From assembly GCF_001194135.2 (NCBI RefSeq), contig NC_068984.1:30477545-30541522 (forward strand): a DNA stretch of 63,978 nucleotides, written 5' to 3'. Of the stretch, positions 24,501-36,411 are shown piece by piece. Position numbers and translations under genes: made by a program. Within the stretch, counting starts at the first letter, position 1. The number at the start of each line of letters is the position of its first letter. The DNA comes from Octopus bimaculoides. Taxonomy: Eukaryota. The notes beneath the pieces were generated by a model. That model was not told where the DNA came from. It did no database searches and saw nothing but the letters and a program-made list of their open reading frames with translations.

Positions 24501-25276
24501 AATATTGGTGTAATATATTTCTATAGACACAACAAAATTTGTTTCAACACACAAATTCACATAAAGAATCTTATAAACCACAGACACACACTTATGTATG
24601 TATATAAAGTGTCACCGGAGAAGTGGCAAAAGATTTCCAGACAATGAACATGACTTAGAATAAGCAAGTGAAGAATGAATATATAGTGTGTGTGTGTTTA
24701 TTTGGCAAAAAAGAAAACAATGACCATCCTGTGTTTCTGTCATACAGGCATAGTGCTGTTTATTTGTAAATATTGCATTCGAAAGAGTAGGGGTTTTATT
24801 ACCTTACTTGGAAATGATAGGAAGAACATCCAATCATAAAATGCTGCTGCTTCTGCAGATGAAGTGAACAACATCCAATGATATGAGGAATGAAGTAATT
24901 AGCATTAAAGACTTTCAATGTAGAGTTCTATTTTAGAAATGTCATGTCCTTTAGAATTGCATGTTAGTATCTATGTTTCAAATATCAAATATCAAACGTG
25001 TAATTTGGGGTTCACACAAACAGCTCTCAATGAGTGTCACCTATTTGCATGCATGCTAGAAGAAATCAATATTATTAGGACCTAATGAGCTTCTTTAATA
25101 TTGTCACTATCCTCACTATAACCTTTCTTCCTATGAATGTTACTATAATACTTTTCATCATTACATCTTTTATAAACTAATCCATGCTTGGTTGTCTTTC
25201 TATGTTTATATAAACAGAACTTTGAATTTGCCAATTCAAATTCTCAGTACTTATGTCCATATATTTATCTTATGGT

Positions 25277-25795
25277 TTGTTGTGTCTTGGGAGAATCATT
25301 ACACCAATATTGATAACACATGCACTGGTTCAATTTCACTCATTTATTATTTGTCACTTGGTTAATCATCTATCTCACTATCCAATTGATTGTTTGTTTA
25401 ACTTGTTGGTTAAACAGTGTATGGGTTTTTAAAACAATTTTTGTTGATCAAAGTTCTTTAGTTGCCATTCACTACCCTTTCTGTAACTATCTCTCCCATT
25501 TTGCTATGGAGGCTATGTCTGCCTGTCTGATACCTTGTTGCTTGTACTAAAAAGACAAGAAAAAAAAAACAACACAAAAGAAAAAATGATTTATTCTTTA
25601 ACCAACAAGTTGAACAAACAACTGATTAGTAAGTTGGACATACATTTAACAAATTAGCTAATAAAAAAGGAATGGAATTGAACCAGTGCATATGTTATTA
25701 ATATTGGCGTAATGACTCTCCAGAGACACAACAAAATTTGTTTCAACACACGAATTTACATAAAGATTCTTGCAAACCAAATACAAATACACAAT
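25277..25795. repeat. Diverged head-to-head inverted repeat (arms about 25277-25440 and 25596-25738), with a third direct copy at 24431-24590
   Basis: Shared block TTAACCAACAAGTT..AATTGAACCAGTGCAT.TGTTAT.AATATTGG.GTAATGA.TCTCC.AGACACAACAAA in both orientations. Confidence 0.7.
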
Positions 25796-27359
25796 ATCAC
25801 ACATAATATAATCCAAAATTTTCCATTGAGCTTACATCCATCAAATCCAATATCGATTACCAAGTCAGAGTATATGAAACAATGAGAGAGGCTGTATGTG
25901 GCTGCTTGATCTACTAGAAATAACAAACATCCAACAAAAAACATTTCATCTTTATAGTAAAGGAAGAATGTATTGGATAATGCAATTGAGATAAATAACA
26001 ATTTCAGTGTATTAGAACATATGACCACGTGATCAGAGCTAAAGTAAAGCTGAACAACATTAGTAACTCAAAGGAGAGTTTCTAGATAAAAGATGTCATT
26101 TGTCCTTGAATAAATTCAGACAAAACTAACTGAGTTTTTAAATAAGTAATTCCTCATGCTAACTTCCTCTTCAGCCACATCTTCAGTATACTACTGAATA
26201 CAGGAAAATAATTGTAATATTTTGGAGTAGACCGAGGTGGTGAGCTGGCAGAATCATTAGCATGCCAAGCAAAATGCTTCTGAGTTCAAATTCCACCAAG
26301 GTCGACTTTGCCTTTCATCCTTTCAGGGTTGATAAAATAAGTACCAGTTGAGCACTGGGATCATTGCTATTGATTCACCCCTTTCTCAAACATTGCTAGC
26401 CTTGCACTAAAATTTGAAATCAGTATATTGCGTAGACTTGCTGAAATGTTCTTTAAAAAATATGGAGAAATTTACTATGAGAAAACCTTTCAGAAATATA
26501 ATATCGATGACTCTAATTTACCTTTCTGAGTAATATTATCAGAAGCTGTTTCATTAATTGAAGATTTTTTAAAACAAAATCTTTAATCTAATTAAAACTA
26601 AGCAGAAGAAAAGAATAGCAGTTTTTTTTTTCCTCGTTATGTTTTGACTGTAATTACTAATAAATCAATAATGCTATCACTGTTGGACCATCATTATAAT
26701 TTTCAGTAATTGGACAGCTATTATTATTAACTAGTAATTCTATTTTTATTGTAAGGGAAGATTGTTAGTTTTGCACTCTGCCGAATGATTCTCTTTTACT
26801 TTTCTTAGCTGTTCTATTATTAAGGAAATAGGTGGGGTTGTGCAGGAGGAGGCTCCGTGCAGTGCTTTGTTCAGTTCATACTGCAATTCCACTGAATGGA
26901 TATCAGCACATAATTCTTGAAGTGAGAGGCCTGTATTATACATATATAGATATAACTGTTTTTTAGACCATCAACCTAAGTTGACTCAGTACATGTCTGG
27001 CATGTAGAAATGTAAATATCCAACCATAAACTTTGCATTAAGAGATCTCTGAGTAAAATAAAAGTCTACTGGATTGCACTAATATTCAAAGGGCGTTAAA
27101 TACTTATTTACTGGTTTCAATTATAGAACTGTGACCCTGCTGGGTCAACAACTTCAGATTTTTTGTTGATTATATCAAATTTACTATTTATTTCAGGCTG
27201 ATACTTATTTTTCTCAATTTTTATTGAATGACAAAGAAGTTATTTATGGCATAATGCCTCACTGATATACACACTCATATACACACACAATTACAGATAC
27301 ACGCTTATGGGTACAAATCTGCATATGTAAGTGTCTACATATATTCATACATGTGTGTG

Positions 27360-28050
27360 TACAGGGTACATCAGTTTTTTTGATGAGGTTTGTATGAATT
27401 GACAAAAAAAATTGCATAGCTCATCAAGAAAAATTGTATTTGAAGACAAGTTGTTACAATTAATCTCGGGAAACCTTTTATCACACCTATTCAATGAATC
27501 CACCATTAGCATCTATGAATGAATTAATATGGAATCAGAAGCATTGAAAAGTTCATATCAGATGATCTTTATCAATTTTGGACATAGTGTTGGTTATGGT
27601 GGGCTTCAGTGATTGTATGGAGGTGTTGATTGGCCTCTCTCTCTCTCTCTAACTACTCTTTATACATAATAGTCGAGTGGATTGATATCTGGTGGGCTTG
27701 GAAGCCATGTGTCAAAAAATATGATCATGAAGATCGACACACATCCACACTTGGATTGTCCTAGCCTTATGACACAGCAGAGAGACTTCTTGGAAGATGT
27801 ACAGTCTTCTGTTGTATGCTCTGTCTATCCAGGACCTCACAGCTTTCTCCAGCACCTCTGCGTAGACAGCAACATTGACTCTTAAGATTTCTTAAGTTGA
27901 AAGAGTGGGGAAGCAGGACATCTTCCTCATTGCTGATGACTCCCAGAACCATCACAATTGCTGAGAACTTGTAGTATATACATGACCTTTGGAACCTCAT
28001 TCTGTCACAATTTCAGTATGCACGACTGTTGGAACTTCATTCAAGTCTCT
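27360..28050 (-). pseudogene. Tc1/mariner maT (DD37D-like) transposase C-terminal relic
   Basis: SAIVMVLGVISNEEDVLLPHSF / LRVNVAVYAEVLEKAVRSWID..YIFQEVS..HKART / WLPSPPDINPLDYYV, with frameshifts. Confidence 0.75.
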
Positions 28051-28280
28051 GCATAGCAGTCTATTGTCCCTTTAGCTTATGTTTAGAAACGATAGCACGC
28101 CAGGCAAAATGCTTAGTGGTATTTTGTCTCCCGTTACGTTCTGAGTTCAAATTCCGCCGAGGTTGACTTTACCTTTCATCCTTTTGGGGTCGATAAATTG
28201 CGTACCTGTTATGCACTGGGGTCGATCTAATCGACTTAATCCGTTTGTCTGTCTTTGTTTGTCCCCTTAAAATTTAGCCC

Positions 28281-28669
28281 TGTAGTGGCGCGTGTGGCCG
28301 CCATTGGCCGCTATCTTGGGAAGTGCCATTGCGTATGTGCAAGGGACTTGCCGTCAGCGGAAGTACCCGGGCACGCATGCACAAGGCAACAGGTGGAGAG
28401 AGAGCAATAGCGTTCGATCTCTTCTCTCTCTAGCAGGGGTGGTGACAACACGTATCTCTCAGCGCGATACCGACATGTGATCGAAGCTTCCTTGGTATTC
28501 TAGCGGCATGCCTGTTCACCCTGGAACGAAACGGCTCTACACCAACCTAGAATAAATTATTGATCTGTTTTTACCGTTATCCCTCGTGTTGTTGTATTTC
28601 TAGATTTAATGATTAATATAAGAACTGGGGAGAGATGGCCGAGCCGTCATATCTCATCCAATTCTTATA
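28281..28669 (+). repeat. 5' LTR (389 bp, TG...TA)
   Basis: Begins TGTAGTGGCG and ends CCAATTCTTATA. It differs from the 3' LTR by 14 substitutions plus a 10-bp extra segment, CCATTGGCCG. Confidence 0.92.
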
Positions 28670-28671
28670 AC

Positions 28672-28691
28672 TGGTGACCCCTGACGTGATT
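28672..28691 (+). other. Primer-binding site complementary to tRNA-Trp
   Basis: TGGTGACCCC(T)GACGTGATT starts 2 nt after the 5' LTR. It is complementary to the eukaryotic tRNA-Trp 3' end ...AATCACGTCGGGGTCACCA apart from one inserted T. Confidence 0.85.
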
Positions 28692-29321
28692 CAGAAAAAA
28701 AACAACAACACAAGAGACGAGGAAATGGAACAAATCAACCAACTGCAACAGTTTTCTTACCCCGGAGAAAAATACCATACAGCCTGGAAACTGAACCATC
28801 AACTACTATGACACGAGCGTATTTCTCTCACCCACGTGTTTTCTTTCAACACCAACTGAGGCCGAGAAAAGAACAAACGGGTGAACAGTGATTTTTCTTT
28901 TCGCCTGACTCTACATGGCTTGAAAAACATAACTCGTCAAAAATGAAGAGACGACGGAAATTTTTTTTTTGTCGCGATGACAACGCCTGCCTTTCAAAGA
29001 AAAAAAATCTCCATTTTCTGTCACTCGCGTAAAGAGACGAAGAAAGAATGAAACAACAAGCATTTGCTACGAAGCAGCATGGTGTCAATTCAGTTGGACT
29101 ACATAACCTCAACAGAGTGTAACTTGTGTTACTAACAGGACAACTGTATATGACGAACACACGCATTTAATTTCTCTGTTCTGTCCTGTTTATATCTCTC
29201 TTGCAGAAAAAAAAATATATATACATATATACGAGAAGGTCGGTAAAATATTTTTTTTCACTGCACGCAGTACAAGCAACACACACGCCCACACACAAAC
29301 AAAATAAAAAAAAAATAAAAG

Positions 29322-30146
29322 NNNNNNNNNNNNNNNNNNNNNNNNNNNNNNNNNNNNNNNNNNNNNNNNNNNNNNNNNNNNNNNNNNNNNNNNNNNNNNN
29401 NNNNNNNNNNNNNNNNNNNNNNNNNNNNNNNNNNNNNNNNNNNNNNNNNNNNNNNNNNNNNNNNNNNNNNNNNNNNNNNNNNNNNNNNNNNNNNNNNNNN
29501 NNNNNNNNNNNNNNNNNNNNNNNNNNNNNNNNNNNNNNNNNNNNNNNNNNNNNNNNNNNNNNNNNNNNNNNNNNNNNNNNNNNNNNNNNNNNNNNNNNNN
29601 NNNNNNNNNNNNNNNNNNNNNNNNNNNNNNNNNNNNNNNNNNNNNNNNNNNNNNNNNNNNNNNNNNNNNNNNNNNNNNNNNNNNNNNNNNNNNNNNNNNN
29701 NNNNNNNNNNNNNNNNNNNNNNNNNNNNNNNNNNNNNNNNNNNNNNNNNNNNNNNNNNNNNNNNNNNNNNNNNNNNNNNNNNNNNNNNNNNNNNNNNNNN
29801 NNNNNNNNNNNNNNNNNNNNNNNNNNNNNNNNNNNNNNNNNNNNNNNNNNNNNNNNNNNNNNNNNNNNNNNNNNNNNNNNNNNNNNNNNNNNNNNNNNNN
29901 NNNNNNNNNNNNNNNNNNNNNNNNNNNNNNNNNNNNNNNNNNNNNNNNNNNNNNNNNNNNNNNNNNNNNNNNNNNNNNNNNNNNNNNNNNNNNNNNNNNN
30001 NNNNNNNNNNNNNNNNNNNNNNNNNNNNNNNNNNNNNNNNNNNNNNNNNNNNNNNNNNNNNNNNNNNNNNNNNNNNNNNNNNNNNNNNNNNNNNNNNNNN
30101 NNNNNNNNNNNNNNNNNNNNNNNNNNNNNNNNNNNNNNNNNNNNNN
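29322..30146. other. Assembly gap (825 N); other gaps at 6963-6978, 11054-11387, 42033-42161, 48183-48447, 53493-54139
   Basis: Runs of N. Confidence 0.99.
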
Positions 30147-30147
30147 C

Positions 30148-30978
30148 TACCATCCCGCTTCTAATGGGATGGTTGAGCGATTTCATAGGCAACTTAAGGC
30201 TGCCTTACGCGCCTCGCCCAACCCACAGTCTTGGGTTGAGTTTCTTCCGGTCGTCCTCCTTGGATGCCGGACTGCGGTCAAAGCTGACCTGGGTTTCTCC
30301 TCGGTGGAGCTTCTTTACTGTACCGCACTGGCGTTGCCTGGTACGATGGTGGTACCAGACTCGTCACAACCACCACATCCAGAGTCCTATGTTACTCGGT
30401 TGCAGGAGTATTTCTCAAATCTTCCAGCTATGGGTCCCAGACAACAGCCACATCCCTCTCAAGTACCAGCAGACATTGAGTCTTGGTCTCACGTGTTTAG
30501 TAGGGATGATTCTGTCAAAAGACCCCTTGTTTCTCCCTATAAATGACCCTTTCATGTGCTTTCTCGCACTCCACAGTTCTTCAAGGTCGACGCTAATGGT
30601 CGTACGGAGATTGTGTCTGTCGACCGTCTGAGAAAAGCGTACCTTGACACACCCTCAACTTCCGTGGACGACGTGCCCACTTTTCAAACACCGCACACAC
30701 CACTTTCAACATCATTACCACCACACACACCACTGTCAACATCTTTACCAATGCATTCACCAACATCAATACCATCACAAACGCACACACCAGAAACCAC
30801 TCCACCTTCGTCGTTGCGACAAAACTCAAATGACCCTTATATCACTAGGTCTGGCCGGACAGTGCATTGGCCAAATAAACTTTCCAAAATAATATACATT
30901 AGACATTTTTTGTGCCGCCGGCATTTCATTTCTCTGTACAAACAAGCATTGTTTTTCTTCCATTTCTCTGCACAGTAA
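30148..30978 (+). pseudogene. Gypsy integrase C-terminal half with a premature stop in the GPY/F motif
   Basis: YHPASNGMVERFHRQLKAALRA...W..FLPVVLLGCRTAVKADLGFSSVELLY...SPYK*PFHVLSR...VSVDRLRKAY...TRSGRTVHWP. TGA at 30544-30546 replaces the expected Gly, and the same frame continues afterwards. Confidence 0.9.
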
Positions 30979-31320
30979 CGTGCTAAAAGAAAATATGTAC
31001 ACATTACATATTGTTTCAACCTTTGCATACACATTTGCTCACGCCAACACCTTCTCCATCACCTTCGTTGCAACTTTCTTTCACACAGACCCTTTATCTC
31101 TAGGTCTGGCTGAACTTTTCATGTTGAACAGAACTTTTTTCTTACTCACATCCTGTCGGATGCAAAAGTTTTGCTTCCAGTACTGCATCCGACACAGCAT
31201 TGCTTTGCAAATTTATTGAGCTTGTTTTTTCATTGTATAATTTTAGCCGTGTTTCTGGGTTCGGCGGCCATCTTGTTTCCGCGCCCTCTACAATCTTTCC
31301 GTGTTTCGTGCTATGCACTC

Positions 31321-31330
31321 GGGGGGAAGA
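31321..31330 (+). other. Polypurine tract
   Basis: GGGGGGAAGA ends 3 nt before the 3' LTR. Confidence 0.8.
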
Positions 31331-31333
31331 TAT

Positions 31334-31712
31334 TGTAGTGGCGCGTGTGGCCGCTATCTTGGGAAGTGCCATTGCTCATGTGTAAGGGACTTGCCGTCAG
31401 CGGAAGTACCCGGGCACGCATGCGCAAGGCAACAGGTGGAGAGAGAGCAATAGAGTTCGATCTCTTCTCTCTCTAGCAGCGGTGGTGACAACACGTATCT
31501 CTCAGCTCGATACCGACACGTGGTCGAAGCTTCCTTGGTATTCTAGCGGCATGCCTGTTCACCCAGGAACGAAACGGCTTTACACCAACCTAGAATAAAT
31601 TATTGATCTGTTGTTACCGTTATCCCTCGTGTTGTTGTATTTCTAGATTTAATGATTAATATAAGAACTGGGGAGAGATGGCCGAGCCATCATATCTCAT
31701 CCAATTCATATA
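31334..31712 (+). repeat. 3' LTR (379 bp, TG...TA)
   Basis: Begins TGTAGTGGCG and ends CCAATTCATATA; direct repeat of 28281-28669. Confidence 0.92.
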
Positions 31713-32476
31713 GCCCCTTGTAGGCAAGAAAGAAATAAGAAACATCAAAACTACAGGGTTTTACTTGTGCCAAAAGTGAGTCTAGACATTCAGTTTTGCT
31801 TTACACTTCTAAGTACAAATCTCACAGAAACTGAATTCCTTTATAAACCCACATCAATAAATACCAGTAGAATATTGGATCCAACTAAGTCATTTACTAT
31901 CTTCCATCCACAACAGAAACCTGTCAGATATTTAATAAACAAAACAAAAATAAAACAAAAAAACAAAATGATAATTAGTCTGAAAATTTATTTTAGAATA
32001 TATGATATACTTATTTATTAATATTTGTTCCCTCCCAATAATAATTGCTAAAGAAGATATTATTTCCAGTACTTAAATCATCAACATTAGTTTCATATTA
32101 GAAATACTTAATAAATAAAGAAATAAAATATTCAACATATTAAAAAAAATCAAAATCAAAATATTTTTTTCTTTCAGTTCAGTTATTCTGTTTCAATGGA
32201 TATTTTAACTAATTTAATTTACAAGCTTGGATTGTTAAAAAATATAAAAGATATATCTATAATTGACTGGTGCGTTAGCAGGGTTTTGCTACCATGTAAT
32301 TCTGTACTACAGAATATAGCTATAGCTTTTATTTAAACTAACACTGTATATCAGCATTTCTCAAACCAAAATTCCCTGGAACTTTAGGGTTTTGCGAAAG
32401 GTTCCAAGGGGTTCCACAAGAAAGAGTGAGACAAGCTAATGCTAATTTCATGATCATGATATTACTATATAGGCAT

Positions 32477-32847
32477 GGTGGAGGTGCAATGGCCTAGTGG
32501 TTAGTGCAGAGGACTAGCAGTCATAGGATTGCGGTTTCAATTTCCAGACAGGGCATTGTGAGTGTTTATTGAGTGAGAACACTTAAAGCTCCACGAGGCT
32601 CTGCCAGGGGTAGTTGGCGAACCCTGCTGTACTCTTTCATTACAACTTTCTTTCTGTTTCTGTTGTGCCTGTATTTCAAAGGGCCAGCCTTGTCACACTC
32701 TATGTCACACTGAATCTCTCCAAGAACTACGTTAAGGTTACATGTGTCTGTGGAGTGCTCAGCCAATTGCACATTAGATTCACCAGCAGGCTGTTCCATT
32801 GATTAGATTAACTGGAACCCTTGCCGTTCTAACCAACAGAGTGCCGT
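32477..32847 (+). mobile_element. tRNA-derived SINE family D
   Basis: GGTGGAGGTGCAATGGCCTAGTGG head with a B box; full-length homology to 36412-36793 in reverse orientation. Confidence 0.8.
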
Positions 32848-32939
32848 AGTACATATCATCCCATCTAACCTATTGTGTTATCAAAAAAATATAACAACCA
32901 TTGCAGATATATTTAGTGATGTCTGTAATTGATGGACAC

Positions 32940-33310
32940 CCTATATCATCATCCATCAGTTTGAATCTGGGTGTTTTCCTCTTAATGGGGGTGGCTAGAT
33001 CTACCTCAATGGCATAGCAACCTCCCTCATACCATCTCGCCATCTTACCCAGTTTGGGCGTCCTCCCTTCTCAAGCTGACCCTTCAAATCTTCTCCTCCA
33101 TCTGTCCCCTCAACATTTTTCTTGGTCTACCTCGCTTTTGCTGTCCATTTACCTCAAATTCTAGCACCTTCTTCAGAACATTCTCCTCATCCCTCCTCAA
33201 CACATGCCCATACTACTGCACTCCATTCACCCTTGCCAGCCATTCTACTGATTCCTCCAACACCATTGGCAACTATATTTAGCAGCAGTTCCTGGCCTTT
33301 CATTACTCAC
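32940..33310 (-). mobile_element. Old RTE-like LINE 3' fragment
   Basis: The minus strand resembles the ILRG..EG.R.RGRP..W terminus and ends in GATGATGAT. Confidence 0.5.
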
Positions 33311-34033
33311 ATGGTACGCTTCAGAGCAAATAAAAATATTTTAGTGTACATTTTGCATAATGTATGTATTGAAAAAACTATTTTATTTTAGTCTAAAGGT
33401 TTAAATCATTTTGATTACATGTAATTGTTATGTTGTTAATTCTTTATTCAATAAATGAAACATAATTATTTAGATTTATACATTTAAAATTTCATTTTGT
33501 AATAGTTTATATCTAAAAGATCTTTTATTATTTTTGTGAGGCACCTAGCTTCATTTTTCAGCACAGTGATGTGTCACAGTGCAGAATTTGGAAACTATTG
33601 GCTTAAATATTCCCTTGCTTGCTTAACATTTTCTGTTTATAATCTTGTATATGTAGGGCTATTAACAACCACCTTGTTCTCTTAAAAGAGGCTCACTCCT
33701 TTCATTTTTATAATGTCCTGTTTATCTATGTTCCCTTTCAAATATTTCATTTACCTTTTATTTATGCTTTCAACTGAAACAGTGTTTTCATCTTGATGTA
33801 TTTTAATGTGGCTGTTGCTATATGTAAGAACATTGTAGAAAGTAATACTTTATAATCTCTATGGTTATTGGGATACGTAACGATAGAAGGAAGAACTTAG
33901 TAAAGTATTTTGCAATTACTTTCTCTAGCAATGCTTGTGAGAATCGATGAAGACAACATTGTTGTGTAATAAAACACTTGTCAGTTGTGCAATTACAAGG
34001 TTCTTGCAGCTAACTGTATCTGTTTACTGTATT

Positions 34034-34863
34034 AAAGAATGGCAGGAGAAAAATACCCCAAAAATGCCTGCTTCATAGAAAACAATTACTTAAGTGAATG
34101 CTAACATAATTTATACAGAGAACTGTGAAATTCTAATTAATTATAATTATGCCTGTACTGAAGAGAAAATAATTGTTAGTTTAGTGATTCATTCTGATCA
34201 AGAAAATCAAGGGAGACAACCCTGGAATTTAATATTATAAAACTTATTACTAATAGAATGCAGTGGGGTGTAAGTGTGACATTTGGCAATATAGTGATAT
34301 CTCCAGTTTCATATCATTAAATCTTGTTAGCAAAGCAGAGTGGACATCGACGCATTGTACTGACACATTGAGCATTGCTTCACACTATGTGATTTGAAAG
34401 CAACACAGAAGAATGTGCAACATGATCTAATTTGGGAGCTTATGCTTTATGAGTTTGAACTGGGTCATAACAGCATGGAAGCAACTAAAAACATCTGTTG
34501 TGAGAAAGATGAAGACACAGTGATCACAGTATCTAGATGGTGCAAAACTTTCACATGGGTTGCAAGAACCTTGATGATCAGGCAAGGTTGGGTTGGCCTA
34601 AAGCTGTGTATTCTAAGGCAGTACTCCAAGCCATAGAGACAAATCCAGTGAGTATCACTTGGAGAGCTTCAGGTGAGCTAGACATCTCACAGATCTATGC
34701 CACTGTGTAGCAGAAATATCCAACATTGGTCAACAGAAAACTAGCTCTTCTGCAGCAAAGAATAGCAGGAGAAAAATACTCCAAAAATGCCTGCTGCATA
34801 GAAAACAATTAGTTAAGTGAATGCTAACATAATTTATACAGAGAACTGTGAAATTCTAATTAA
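34034..34863 (+). repeat. 107-bp direct duplication (34034-34140 and 34757-34863)
   Basis: AAAGAAT.GCAGGAGAAAAATAC.CCAAAAATGCC...GAAATTCTAATTAA; 4 mismatches. Confidence 0.9.
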
Positions 34864-35140
34864 GGCAAAGCAAAACCTTACATGGCTTGAAAATCCTGGA
34901 TTAAACTCTCAGAACTTAGTCCAGCATTTAGTCCAGACATTGCTCCTTTGGGTTATAACTTGTTCCAATCCATTGCTCACTTCCTGGGCTCTCAACACTT
35001 CACTAACCAGGAGGAGGTCATAGTTTCAGTGAAGTTCTACAACTTGAAGGACAATAACTGGTATCAGCATGGGAACAAAAAAATGGCAGAAAGATGGCTT
35101 CATATGGTGCAGCACGATGGCCACTACTTTGAATGCTAGG
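34330..35140 (+). pseudogene. Mariner (DD34D-type) transposase relic with the interior replaced by flanking DNA
   Basis: N-terminal HTH: LIWELMLYEFELGHNSMEATKNICC..TVSRW. C-terminus: FSPDIAPLGYNLFQSIAHFL...F..QEEV...WY.HG..KMAERW..V..DG.YFE*. Confidence 0.85.
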
Positions 35141-36411
35141 CTGTCTTAGTTGCTTATAAGTAAAGCAAAAATATTGTAAAACTGTTAACTCATCACAATA
35201 TATCAAATCATAGCAAATTTACACTCTTTACCAACACACAGTAACTGACACTAAGTGTATCCTCATCACATTAGTTAAATTAATGATTTGTTAAATGGGT
35301 TCACATTACTATCATCACATCTGTTATCAACCTTTTAGGGACTATTCTATCATTATAGTTTGGATGGTTTTCTGTGCAGCAGTTTACCACTTCTCTTAAT
35401 TGTCACTCACCTTATCAGAGCCTCCTAACATTCCATCTTTTCTATTATTTACTATTTCTCTACCATGGTTATCTTCTACTTTCAGAACTAAACACATTTT
35501 CACCCAGCTGATATCACAAGTCCACAGCAGTGCAATTTAATGCACAGCTGCATTCTCAGTTTACTTGTACTTGTTTGTTTTTCTTCTTAATAATACAGAT
35601 TTTTCATCTTTCTTGCATCTGCATGTCTGCAACGTTCAATACACATGCTTTGCTACTACGCATCTTCAAATACCTTTCATAGGATTCATCTGCTTTAATG
35701 TGTATGCAGAAGAGTTTTTTATCAATAAATACACTCAATGATATCATGTGTATAGTGACTTATAGTACAGGTACACTGTATCCATGCATGACTAAAGGGA
35801 CTGGCACCAGAAGGGCATTCAACCAACAAACACTGCTTTGAAAAGATGTCCCCAACCCATACCAACATAGAAGAGTCTGCATTGAAAAGATGGTAATGAT
35901 GATGAGGAAGATGTCAATAGCAATAATAATGAGAACGATCTTCATCACCATCATCACTGTGAGGATGATGATCGTCATCATGATTATGGTAGCTTTCTGA
36001 ACTTCACCTCTCTTTTTATTGGGATGTTAGCCTCATTTATGCCCCTGTGGCTAATAAAAGAATTTATTATTCTACTTTCAATTTTTATCTACTATATATA
36101 AGGATTTTATTTAGTGTACAATCTTGCGAATGACTACACTTGAACATTCTGATGCATCTAAAGCCCCATTTTCTGTTGTCAATTATCCAGCATCCTTTAT
36201 CACATTTTCTATACATTTCATGGTCATCATTTTCGTCATCATTGTTGTTGTCGTCATCATCATCATCATCAATATCATCTCAACCATCTAGTCTCAAGTT
36301 CAGTCCCACTGTCTGCCAACCTAGCCAGGTATCTCCTACTATAGTCTCAAATACCAAAGCCTTTTTAATAAATTTGGTAGAAGGCCATAGTACACACCCC
36401 TTTTACCAATA

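Larger units (their letters stand above)
28281..31712 (+). mobile_element. Ty3/Gypsy LTR retrotransposon, CsRn1-like lineage, defective
   Basis: It has paired LTRs, a GCCC 4-bp TSD (28277-28280 and 31713-31716), a tRNA-Trp PBS, a PPT and an integrase C-terminus. Removing the element and one TSD copy restores the SINE tail TTTAGCCCCTTGT. Confidence 0.92.

Noticed and set aside
28720-29165. gag ORF after the PBS
   Set aside because: Multiple stops, and no recognisable capsid or CHCC motif.
29167-30631. Long ORFs of 341 and 476 aa (and similar ones at 10781-11552, 47929-48578, 53314-54310)
   Set aside because: They are artefacts of translating through N gaps; only the integrase and RTE portions are real coding relics.
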